Assembly: GCF_009914755.1 (NCBI RefSeq)
Contig: NC_060941.1
Strand: one strand, 5' to 3'
Source of the DNA: the human T2T-CHM13v2.0 reference genome, Homo sapiens
DNA: 64,000 nt
Position numbers and translations under genes: made by a program
The notes under the pieces: generated by a model
Database searches by the model: none
The model's input: the letters and a program-made list of their open reading frames with translations, nothing else
Told to the model about the DNA's origin: nothing
Shown here: one piece after another, positions 1 through 11,637 of the stretch
Layout: every line of letters starts with the position of its first letter
How positions within the stretch are numbered: the first letter of the stretch is position 1

Positions 1-74
1 ACCATCCACCAGGCTCCACTCAGGGAGCTTTTCCTAGAGAAATTCAGTTCATTGGTCAGAACAATCCACTGAGG

Positions 75-212
75 TAGATACTATTATTCTCATCTTGCAG
101 ATTAGGAAACAGAGGCACATAAGAAAAGCAACGCATCAAGGTCGTAGACCCAGTTGATGAAAGAGCCAGGATTTGAACCCAGGGAGTCAAGCCCCAGAAT
201 CCATGGTCTTAT
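75..212 (-). mobile_element. MIR SINE fragment
   Basis: attattctcatcttgcagattaggaaacagaggcac...ggatttgaacccagg is the reverse MIR core. Confidence 0.75.
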
Positions 213-440
213 ATAGCATCAATAGTGCCTATTCATCCCCCGAACACATACAATGAGGTATGAGGGGGTCTGCAGTAAGTTAAACTTGATAGGAAACAAG
301 ACCCACCCACTCCCCCAGGCTCTCCCACTTAGCTTCTCCTCCTGCCTGGCCAGGTCGCCTCATAGCCTAGAACACCCCAAAAGAGGTAGGTTCTGGGGCC
401 AGAGACTAGACTAGGCACAGACTTGACTGCTGTCCCTCGC

Positions 441-441
<1 letters not shown>

Positions 442-472
<31 letters not shown>

Positions 473-754
473 GAGACAAGGTCTTGCTCTGTTGCCCAGG
501 CTGAAGCGCAGCAGCGCGATCTCGGCTCACTGCAACCTCTGCCTGCTGGGTTCAAGCGATTCTCCCGCCTCAGCCTCCTGAGTAGGTGGGATTACAGATG
601 CATGCCACCATGCCCGGCTAATTTTTGTATTTTTACTAGAGACGGGGTTTCACCATGTTGGCCAGTCTGGTCTCGATCTCCTGACCTCAGGTGATCTGCC
701 CACCTCACCCTCCCAAAGTGTTGGGATTACAGGCAAGAACCACCATGTCCGGTC
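442..754 (-). mobile_element. AluS element inserted in a + strand MIR (MIR resumes about 755-920)
   Basis: Poly-T, full dimeric Alu, flanking duplication ttgactgctg. Confidence 0.95.
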
Positions 755-1045
755 TTGACTGCTGCCCTTACTAGCTACGGGGCTGTGGACGAGAGGCATC
801 TCAGTGCCTCAATTTTCTACATCTGTAAAACAGGGCTCATCTTGGGTCCATGTGTGATGATTCAAGAGAATGAAGGTAAAAGACAGCACAGGACTGGGCA
901 CACAACAAGCACTCAGCAGAGCTCCCCTACATAACACTCATCATTACTGTGGTCCATGGACCAAGATGCAGGATGTGGCCCTGAGAAAGGCCCTTGTCAT
1001 GATGATGCTCTGTGTTTGAGAAACAGAACTTTAAAAGTTAAAATT

Positions 1046-1374
<329 letters not shown>

Positions 1375-1992
1375 TTAAAAAATTATTTTTCTCTCGGATA
1401 TTATTCTGTCCCAGGGCCCCCATTTCCATGAAGTAGCCAAAGAAAAAAAAAAAGGTCAATCCAAAGGAATTCAGTATCTTCCAGTATCAATTTCTTTTCC
1501 ATGCTAATGATTCTCTTTTGGGATAATACTTAGGAATTCAAGAATCGAGATCCCTCCTAGGGCTGTGACTTCCTTCTCTCAAAAAGACTCCCCTTCCCTC
1601 CCTGCCCTCCTCTCATTGATGGCTTCTGCACACAGGGAAAGACAACAGGGAAGCAAAAGTCAAGGGAACACATTTTAAAAATACACCGTCCAATTTCAAG
1701 AAACTAGATTTTCAACAGATGAAAACAGTAGCAGAATAAATTGCAGAGTCCAGATCATCTTGTCGCATTGCCCAATGGAGTTCAAACGGATTAGTTTGTA
1801 TCAAGAGCATAATGACAAACCAGGTATTATTATGCAAGGTTTTCATATTGTTTTACAGAATTTGAACTGGGGTGGGGTGGGGGAGGGAAAAAGTAAGGTC
1901 TTTGGAAGGTCTTTGGTCTTTCTGTTTGGAAGACAGAAAGGACTTTGTTTTATCCTGAGCTCCTGATTTCATGAACTAATTTCTGGTGGTAA

Positions 1993-2299
<307 letters not shown>

Positions 2300-2682
2300 G
2301 CACTTTCTAGAAGGGTGATCTCTCATAAAATAATTCACTGACCATGGCGGTCTACGATTGCATCTTTCCTTCAATGCCTTCACTTTGAAAAATATAAAGG
2401 GTGGCCGTCGTTTGTCAGTCTTTACATATTTGGGGGACGTCTTCATTGTCCAACAAAGCCCAACAGTCTCATAGCCATGGATACAATCTGCCTTTCTCAC
2501 ATGATGCACGTAGAAACTGAGGCACATACAGTAAGGGCCGAGTGCTCAGTCAGGTTGTCAGGTGCTTGTCAGGTGAAGTCCCAGATGCTTCATAGAGAGA
2601 TGTCACCAGGAGGACAGAGTGCTGAAATGAGCACGTGTCTTAAAATCCCTCCCAGGATTTTCTTTGTCTTTGTAGGAGTGTA

Positions 2683-2685
<3 letters not shown>

Positions 2686-2725
<40 letters not shown>
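2686..2725. repeat. (TG)n microsatellite
   Basis: About 20 uninterrupted TG units. Confidence 0.97.
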
Positions 2726-2729
<4 letters not shown>

Positions 2730-5026
2730 AGCCTAGCTGTCAGGAGGTCTGGATTAGAGAATTTCTCCATCCTTCAAAGGAAAACCATCTTTCAGAGTAA
2801 GTAGTAGCAGGAAGAGATGGATGACAGTAACTGGATTTGTAATACCAGTGAGGCCAACCCCAAACACACACAACCATCACCCTACATGTGGATTGTCTGT
2901 GCTAGGAGAAGAAAGTACAGGCGTGAAGAGTGCTAACTTCAGAACACCCCAAAATCAACTAGATTTTTCTTTTTGCCATTTTTGAGGTGATACATTTACT
3001 TTTCGAATGACTTCCGTTGAATAATGTTATTTGTTCCATCAGTCCTGGGGAGTGAAGAAAGTGGGTCGTAAAAGTCTGCCAGACACAGACGAAGCCAGAC
3101 CAAGATGGAACCTTGTGGGCAATCTCAGGTTAGCAGGTAATCAGATCATTCACCCATCTGTCCATCTGTTTATCCAATTCAACCCAGAGATTCACAAGCA
3201 CCAGGCTCCATGATGGCATATTTTGCAGGCAAATGGCTATTAAGTTCTTCATTCTCCTCCACGTGTTCTGGAAAATCACCAGGTTTCCAGGTAACGACGG
3301 GATTGTATTTGTCAGCACAGAACTGGGGATGTGGAGGACAAAGTCTCCAAGGAGTAGTTCTTCTTCCCTGGTAGGATTTCTCAGTCAAAGAAAAATCTTA
3401 GACGTGCAACTATTGGGCGATCAGTGGTGCTAACACGGGAACACACATCTTACTGGCAAAACACTGTCCCTTTTATTTATTTTTTTTCTGTAAAACGTTG
3501 CTCTTATTGGGAGCTTGAAAAGCATTATCATAAAAAGCCATGGGAAGGGAGAAGGGGAGAGGAAAGAGAGGGACAGAGGGGGATAAGAATTGCCCAGGTT
3601 TGGACAAGGACTCTGGAGATGAGGCCCAAGATGATTCATTTCTCCCTGTTCGCTTCCCAGCCCTCAATCCCATCTGGCTCCTTTCATTTGAGTTTTCTAT
3701 TGCAATGCACAAAACAGATAATTTTCCAAAAGCTTGCTCAAAAGCTTCCAGGTGGTCCAAGAATGGGAGGGGCACTTCTTGCAGTTCAAATGGGACAAGA
3801 GAAAAAACATCAAGAAAGTGGTGGGGGGGAGTGAGCTTCAGAGGGGAAGCTGAGACAATGAGGAAAGCAGACCTTTTGAGACATCCTGGATGTTCCCTCC
3901 ACCCTCTGAAATGGAAACATGACCAGCTACAGACAGATCAGCTCTTAGAGGGGAGGAAAGAGCCCCAGGGTTCAGGAACCAGGAGCTCTGACTTGAGTCA
4001 TCCCTGATGACTTCCTTTTCCACTCTGAGACTTCAGTTTCTTCACTTATAACATTAGAGACTTGGGCTAGATCAGGGATTTTCTGCCAAGTGCAGAGGGG
4101 AACTTTCATGGAAAGGGTGGTATCTATTCCATCCAGAGTGTTCGCTTAGGAACTTGTTCCAAAAGCTCAACTGCTAAAAAAAAAAAAAATACTTAAGAGG
4201 CAAGATGATCTTTCAAAGTCATGTCCAGCCCACCAGTCCTACAAATTCAAGCCTGTTTTCCCAGTTGCAGTTGATGAAATAACTATTCTAAGTTCTCTCT
4301 CTCCAAAAAGATGAATCCTGTGCTCAGTGAATCTCTGTGGATTGAAGGGATGGATGGATGGACAGACTGATGAATGACTTGATGGCAAATTACATAGGAT
4401 GGTGAGAACCTGTTTGATCCTGGTCTGGCTTTGCCCATGCATCCGGTGGACTTCCTTGGCCTGGCCCACTTTCTTCACTTCCCAGAACGCATGCAATAAA
4501 TAACATTATGTTTTTAAGTCACTAGAAAAGTAAATGTCACCCTCTCCCCTCCAAATGGCAAAAAGAAAAACTGAACTGATTTTTGGGTGTCTGGAAGTGA
4601 GGACTTTTCGCACCTCTATGCTCCCCTGCTAGGGTAGACCATCAAAAGCTTGGAGTAGCTTCTGACACTTTAATTGGCCCATTTCACATTTCTACCCCTC
4701 TACGTAGGGTCACATAAAAGCTATACTTTTATTCCCAACATGGGAAAATAAGACAATAACGAGCTTTATAAATGCTTAATTAAATGGGGGGTGAAAAATC
4801 AGGGTATAACAGCCAGAATATAAGGATGTTACTATTTTGAAAAATATCCAAAGCAAAGTTGGACATGTCCAAAGTTACATGTAACTTACATATATGGTCC
4901 TTAGCCTTCTGCAGATACACCTTCTGTACAAGCCGAACATAGATTTGGATAGCGACACACAGTCACCTTTCCTGGTCAAACTTTTTCCTTCTGGTACTGT
5001 GTCTAGCAACCTATGCTACCAAGCTA

Positions 5027-5040
5027 CCGCGTGGTGGCGC
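5027..5040 (+). promoter_or_regulatory. Candidate CTCF site
   Basis: CCGCGTGGTGGCGC is close to the CCGCGNGGNGGCAG core and sits in a small CpG-retaining patch. Confidence 0.45.
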
Positions 5041-5365
5041 CGTCTGTCCACCGCTGCCAGCCGGCACTTTCAAATTCCACTGTCTCTTTGTAAGGTGAGG
5101 CTGTGTAGTGTGGCAGGATGAGCCAGGAAAACTGAAGAGAAGGAGCTGCCAATAGATCACTCTAGAATTCCAGACAGGGTAGTGTGATAGGTTCAAGAGA
5201 AGAGCTTGCCTGCATAAAATAAAATTGAGAGCACAATGTGCGATTGCAGATAAAGAATAGAACAGGATTGTGCCGAAGTGACTCAAGGGTGGGAGGGGCA
5301 TTTTTCTGCTGTGAAAGGGTGGGGACAGTGGGATCAAGATGTCAAAGTATTTTCTCCACAAGTAC

Positions 5366-5721
5366 CTTAGTGTCCTCAGGCTGGGTCTCCAATTCTCAGG
5401 CTAAAAGCCACTCTCCAGGGAGACCAGGCTGGGAATGCTGAGACCCAAGTTGCTAGGCAGGGAGGAGGTTAAGATCAGCAACTTTGAGGAAGTAAGGGTC
5501 TCCCTAGGATGCTCCACGAGTCTGGGAGACTGAGTGCTGCCTGGGGCAGGTCTAGGCATTGCAAGAGCAGCTGCATGGAGGCTTGGAGGGAGCCAGTGAA
5601 GACAGCTTGCTTGTTCAAAGATGTTAGAGTGAACTATAATTAAAATGTTTCCATGTGAGTTCTCCGAGACTCCTCCCCGCCACAACAATGAAGTCTCCTT
5701 TGTAACTTCTCTACAGGTAAC
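5366..5721 (-). other. Candidate non-coding exon on the minus strand
   Basis: Acceptor catgcttgcag| and donor taag|gtactt on the - strand; unique sequence. Confidence 0.2.
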
Positions 5722-5749
5722 CTGCAAGCATGCTTTCAATAATCTACAG

Positions 5750-5911
5750 GATGCACACCTGGAGTCCCAGCTACTTGGGAGGCTGAGGAGGGAGGATTAT
5801 TTGAGCCCAGGAGGTCAAGGCTGCAGCAAGCTATGATTGTGCCACTGCACTGCGGCCTGAGCAACAGAACAAGATCCTGTCTACACACACACACAAACAC
5901 ACACACACACA
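5750..5911 (+). mobile_element. Alu right monomer (FRAM/AluJ) with (CA)n tail
   Basis: Right-arm Alu sequence followed by a CA repeat at about 5883-5911. Confidence 0.9.
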
Positions 5912-6744
5912 ATCTACTGGAGCAAAAGTAGAGGGGCTGCTTGGACAGGTAGACACACATGTAACGTATCTTACACATACAGACATGCTCATCTACTAGC
6001 TAATGTTGATGAATGACCAGGAAAATATGTCAAAATATGCCACTTTTCTTTCTAAATAAAGGGTTGCTTTGTTAACTAATGGCTGCTGTCTTAAATAATT
6101 GTTAATATATCAACATATATATGTATAAGCCAGGGGAAAGGATTTATCTGACTTACGATCTTTCCTCTTTGATCAGAGAGGCAAACATATATCTTAAAAT
6201 TGGTTTTGATGCCTCCATGTGTAATTTAATGGGCTATACTACATCCAAATGTAGACTAATCAACCATGCCTCCTTTACCAAGTGTCTGGGTGTTGATTAG
6301 CAGTAGCTGGTCCGGTCATATCTTGGGGATGTGTTTTGTGGACTATCCATGGCACACTAAAGTTCGCAGCCAGCCTCCTCTGCTGTGCACAGCCTGCTCT
6401 GGGATGGCCGCTGCACCTGTAGGTCAAGGCAGGTCCACAGACTACAAACGTCTCTTGACGCGTGCTTAGTCAAAGCTTAAAACAGGAAGTGGTATGTGAA
6501 GCTGAGTGTTTAAGCATAAACAGTCTTACTCTCCCTGCTGGTTTGAATGATGCCTGCCACTGAGTGAAGTGGGAGCTGAGGGCATGTCTCCTCTCCAGAG
6601 AACATGTTCTTTGAAGTGACGATACAGCAGAAAGGAAAACCGCTTAAGCATGCAATTCCCCAAGCACATACGGTCTGAAGAATTCCTCTGTGATTGAAAC
6701 AGAAAGAAACTGCTATGGGACCAGAACAGAAAGAAGCAAGCTGG

Positions 6745-7098
<354 letters not shown>

Positions 7099-7490
7099 TC
7101 AGGAGACAATGACCTCTGAATGAACACTTGGTGCAAGCTGACCTGGCCAGGTAGGGAGGTGGACAGATGGGAAGGAGCTGGGGAGGGCTCCAGGAAGGTG
7201 AGGAAGTAACGGCGTCTGTACACTAGATGGCAGCAGCCACACACACATGATAGGCGAGGTGCCTGCCTGTCTTCTTCCCAGGTCAGAAACCCCTGAAGTG
7301 GGAACTGAAGACAGTGCCTTCTTGGAATAGTTCCTTTTCTTGTGGGTGGCTATAATGCCACAGGCGACGTTTATATGAAGCCTCCTGCTTCAACGGACAG
7401 GGCACAAGCAAGAGGTCATAAAAAAGACAGTTGGCCTCAGAGTATTTAATGATGAATATGGGCTAAAAACAGGGATTGTGTCCACTAAAG

Positions 7491-8062
7491 GAGGGGTCTA
7501 ACGCTTTCTGAAAAGGGTCAGATAGCCAGGTGTGGTGGCTCACGCCTGTAATCCCAGCACTTTGGGAGGCTGAGGCAGGCAGATCACTTGAGCTTAGGAG
7601 TTGGAGGCCAGCCTGGGCAAACTCAATCTCTACAAAAAATACAACAATTAGCTGGGTGTGGTGGTATGTGCCTGTAGCCCCAGCTGCTTGGGAGGGATGC
7701 TGAGGTGGGAGGATCGCTTGAGCCCAGGGGGTCGAGGGTGCAGTGAGCCATGATTGCACCACTGCACTACAGCCTGAGTGACAGAGTGAGACCCTGTCAA
7801 AAAGAAAGGGAAAGGGAAAGGAAAGGAACAAAGGAACAGGGAGGTCAGATAGTAAATATTTTCAGCTTTGCAGATAGTAAGTATTTCCAGCTTTTCAGCC
7901 TTAAGATTTCTCTGGCCATTATGCAGATCAGCCACTGTAGCACATATGGAGCCAAAGACAATATGTAAACAAATGGGTGCGCGTATGCTCCAATAAAGCC
8001 TCATTTCCAGAAATAGGTGTTGGGCCAAATTTGGCCCGCAGACCATAGTTTGCCAACCCCTC
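7491..8062. mobile_element. MER58A (hAT-Charlie MITE) interrupted by an AluJ
   Basis: Inverted ends gagggg...cccctc; 8-bp TSD cactaaag (7483-7490 and 8063-8070); MER58 body. Confidence 0.85.
7524..7842 (+). mobile_element. AluJ with GA-rich tail
   Basis: J-type right arm; duplication ggtcagatag on both sides. Confidence 0.9.
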
Positions 8063-8589
8063 CACTAAAGGAGTCATAAACTATCTGGCTCAGTTAGCTT
8101 GGTGCACGTGTACCCTGGGCCTGTACTGGGTAACGCTTTCCCCAATCTGTGTAAATGGAGTCCTTCTTCCCTCTCAGTTCACTCCACGGCACGAGATTAA
8201 CCTACGTCTCCTTGTCACTTGGACTCAAATTCTCCCTTCTCCCTTCCACGCGACAACAAAATCAGCTGGCAAACGCTGTCTGTGGGTTCTGTACGCAACA
8301 GCTCTTCCTGGGATCAGTCCTCATTCTCATGGTCATCACAACATCCAGTATCTTCTTCATTGCTGCTAAAACACACAGCAGTGGGGTGGGCTGTAAATAT
8401 TCTTTTTCAGTTGGTGCATTCTTCACACTGGTTTATCTCCCCACCTGCTCTCCCAGATTATTTTATCTTAGCCAGATGCATGTTTGAGTTACCTCTTGGG
8501 TGATGTCTCTTGCCTGCATCGGAACCCACCATAGTTGCCAACTTTTTGCTGAGTAATGCACCTGTTTCTTTCCTGCCTCAATCCAATCC

Positions 8590-8759
8590 TTTATTTATTT
8601 ATTTTTATTTTTTTTGAGGCACAGTCTCTCTATTGCCCAGGCTGGACTGCAGTGGCACGATCACGGCTTACTACAGCCTCAACCTCCCTAGGCTCAGGTG
8701 GTCCTCCCACCTCAGGATTCAGAGTACCTGGGACTACAGGTGCATGCCACCCCACCTGG

Positions 8760-8806
<47 letters not shown>

Positions 8807-8926
8807 GGTAGAGACAGGGTTTCATCATGTTGCCCAGGCTGGTCTTGAACTCCTGGGCTCAAGTAACCCACCTATGTCAGCCTCCCAACATGCTGGGATT
8901 ACAGGCATGAGCCACTGCAACCAGCC
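8590..8926 (-). mobile_element. AluJ with (TA)n in the middle linker
   Basis: Reverse dimer; TSD aatccaatccttta. Confidence 0.93.
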
Positions 8927-9439
8927 AATCCAATCCTTTAGACATACCTTCTCTAAAGCACCAGAAAATTCTATCTCAGTCATATCGGTTTGTCCACCAG
9001 CCCTGAAAGAACCTTGGCACCTACCTTGGCATTTGCTCAGAGTACTACCTGCCCTTATCATCCCCTTACCAAAGCAGACCACCCCTATGCTCCTGATGAA
9101 ATGTAGACCATTCTATGAAGAGCCCTTGAGAGGAGCAAAAAGCTTGCCTGCCTTCTACTGGTTTCTTGGTCTGGCTTGGATCAAGCCCTTTGGAGCTTGG
9201 ACTGTGTTAATCTTATGCCGCCTATGGGCTTAACTGTCGATTAATAAATTACTATGGGTATCTTTTCTGCTATTGACTTTCAACTATATCACATCGAAAT
9301 CAAGACAATGCGGTCTGAATGGCATTGATCTTAGGGTATGTATTCTGACTCTCTCTGTGGCAGAGCACTCTAATCCATTTTAGGAACCCTCACGTGGCTT
9401 GAAATGAATGTAAGCTTTCTAATGACTGGGCTAGAGTTT

Positions 9440-9830
9440 ATATATGTCCACTGCATGCATTTTGTTAACTTAATATCTGCGTCATCTACAAGTATCAGAC
9501 AGGGACATTAAACTCCCCCACCATGACTGTGTTTCTCCTTGCAATTCTGATGATTTTTCCTTTAAACAGTTCGAGGCTTATGTTGCTAGGCGCCTACAAA
9601 CGCAGCATCATGATGTCATTCTGGTACATTACTTCCCCTTTCCTTAAGTACTGACCTTTATCCCTTATCTGGCTTTCTGCCTTCAAGTCTGGTTTGTCTG
9701 AGACAAAAATGTAATACCCGCTTTCTTTTGATTAGCGTTTGCCTTGTATCTTTCTTCCTTTCAACTTTACCATGTCATATTTTAGGTGTGCCACTTATTA
9801 ATCACTTAGAACTGAACATTTAAAAGGCAA
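9440..9830 (-). mobile_element. Old L1M fragment (ORF2 5' region, antisense)
   Basis: Degenerate L1M antisense phrases such as ttgtctga...gctttcttttgattagcgtttgcc. Confidence 0.65.
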
Positions 9831-9993
9831 AACCTCTTTGAAGAGATGAATTCCACCATCTGACGGCTGAATTATTTCACTTTGATTTTCCATCTCTCTT
9901 CCCAGTGTTTATTCGTTCATGCATTCTCACTTCCCTCCTCCATCCTATACCTCTCTCTCTCATTAGTAGTTGTCCTTTTAGATTCACTAGCAT

Positions 9994-10378
9994 ATTATTA
10001 TTTTTTGAGACAAGGTCTTGCTCTGTCACCCAGGCTGCAGCACAGTGGTGCAATCACAGCTCACTGTAGCCTTGACCTCTCAGGCTCAAGTGATCCTCTT
10101 GCCTCAGCCCCCTGAGTAGCTGGGACCACAGATGCACACCATGATGCCTAGATGATTTTTTTTCTCTTTTATAGAGATGGGGTCTCCCATCTTTATACTC
10201 AGCCGAGCAATAGGAACTATAGGTGTGCGCCACCACGTCCGGCGAATTTTTTGTATTTTTAGTAGAGACGGGTTTTCACCATGTTGGTTGGGCTGGTCTC
10301 GAACTCCTGACCTCAGGTGATCCGCCCGCCTCGGCCTCCCAGTGCTGGGATTGCAGGTGTGAGCCACTGTGCCCGGCC
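9994..10378 (-). mobile_element. Two fused partial Alus (AluJ right part and AluS left arm)
   Basis: AluJ breaks at about 10188 and an AluS left arm resumes at about 10200. Confidence 0.85.
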
Positions 10379-10394
10379 AGCCATGCCCATTTCT

Positions 10395-10510
10395 TTACGT
10401 ATTATTTAGGGCTACCTTGGCACTTGCACGACAGTCAGTCAAGCAGTTGTGACAGAGATTATATGGCCCACAGGCCATCTGGAATTCTAAGAGAAAGTTT
10501 GGCAGCTTCT
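10395..10510. mobile_element. MER58-like fragment
   Basis: gcagttgtgacagagattatatggcccacag...aaagtttggcag. Confidence 0.55.
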
Positions 10511-10666
10511 ACTCTAGAATGGCAGTTACTTTTTCTTGGCACTTCGAAGACAGCATTCCCCTGTCTTCAATTAGAGCTCAGAAATCTTCTGTGAGTTGAA
10601 CTGTCGTTTCTGTGTAGAGAATCCGTCTCTGCCTCCGGTATCTCCAGATTCTGTCCCAGTCCCTGG

Positions 10667-10785
10667 TGGATATGGTTTGGATCTGTGTCTCCGCCCACAT
10701 CTCATGTGGAATTGTAATCCCCAATGTTGGGGGTAGGACGTGGTGGGAGGTGATTTGATCATGGGGGCGGCTTTCCTCCTTGGTG
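10667..10785 (+). mobile_element. MST-family MaLR LTR 5' fragment
   Basis: gatatggtttggatctgtgtc...tgtaatccccaatgttgg. Confidence 0.8.
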
Positions 10786-11015
10786 TCTTTTGTAAAACTA
10801 TTATATTATTATAAATCTATCCATTATTAAGTATTAAAAAGTGCTTTCATTTGTGCAACCTTATGCAGTTTTTTTTTTAAATAAACCTTTCATTTTAGAT
10901 TAGCTTTAGGTCTACAGAAAAGCTCAAAGATAGTAGAGAGAGTTCCTGTGTACCCTGCCCTCAGTTTCCCCTATCGCTAGCATCTCACTTTGGATGGAAC
11001 ATTTGTTACAACTAA

Positions 11016-11330
<315 letters not shown>

Positions 11331-11332
11331 CC

Positions 11333-11349
11333 TTTTCTTTTCTTTATTT

Positions 11350-11381
<32 letters not shown>

Positions 11382-11637
11382 TTTTTTTTTGAGACAGAGT
11401 CTCGCTCTGTTGCCCAGGCTGGAGGGCAGTGGTGAGACCTCAGCTCACTGTAACCTCAGCCTCCCAAGTAGCTGGGATCAAAGGCACCTACCACCACACC
11501 CGGCTAATTTTTGTATTTTTAGTAGGGATGGGAGGGTTTTGTAGGCCAAGCCGGTCTTGAATTCCCGACCTCGAGGGATCCGCCCGCCTCGGCCTCTCAA
11601 AGTACGGGATTATAGGCGTGAGCCACGGCACCTGGCC
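11333..11637 (-). mobile_element. Alu with internal right-arm deletion
   Basis: Poly-T; cactgtaacctc joined directly to agcctcccaagtagc. Confidence 0.9.

Larger units (their letters stand above)
4340..5770 (+). ncRNA. Candidate short spliced lncRNA (possibly HCCAT5; name from recollection of locus layout, unverified)
   Basis: Donor gatg|gtgaga at 4401/4402; internal exon 4915-5094 bounded by ccttagccttctgcag| and aag|gtgagg; no long ORF. Outer boundaries are guessed. Confidence 0.35.

Noticed and set aside
8556-9233. 225-aa ORF, the longest in the track
   Set aside because: The first half is antisense AluJ plus a (TA)n repeat; no recognisable domain
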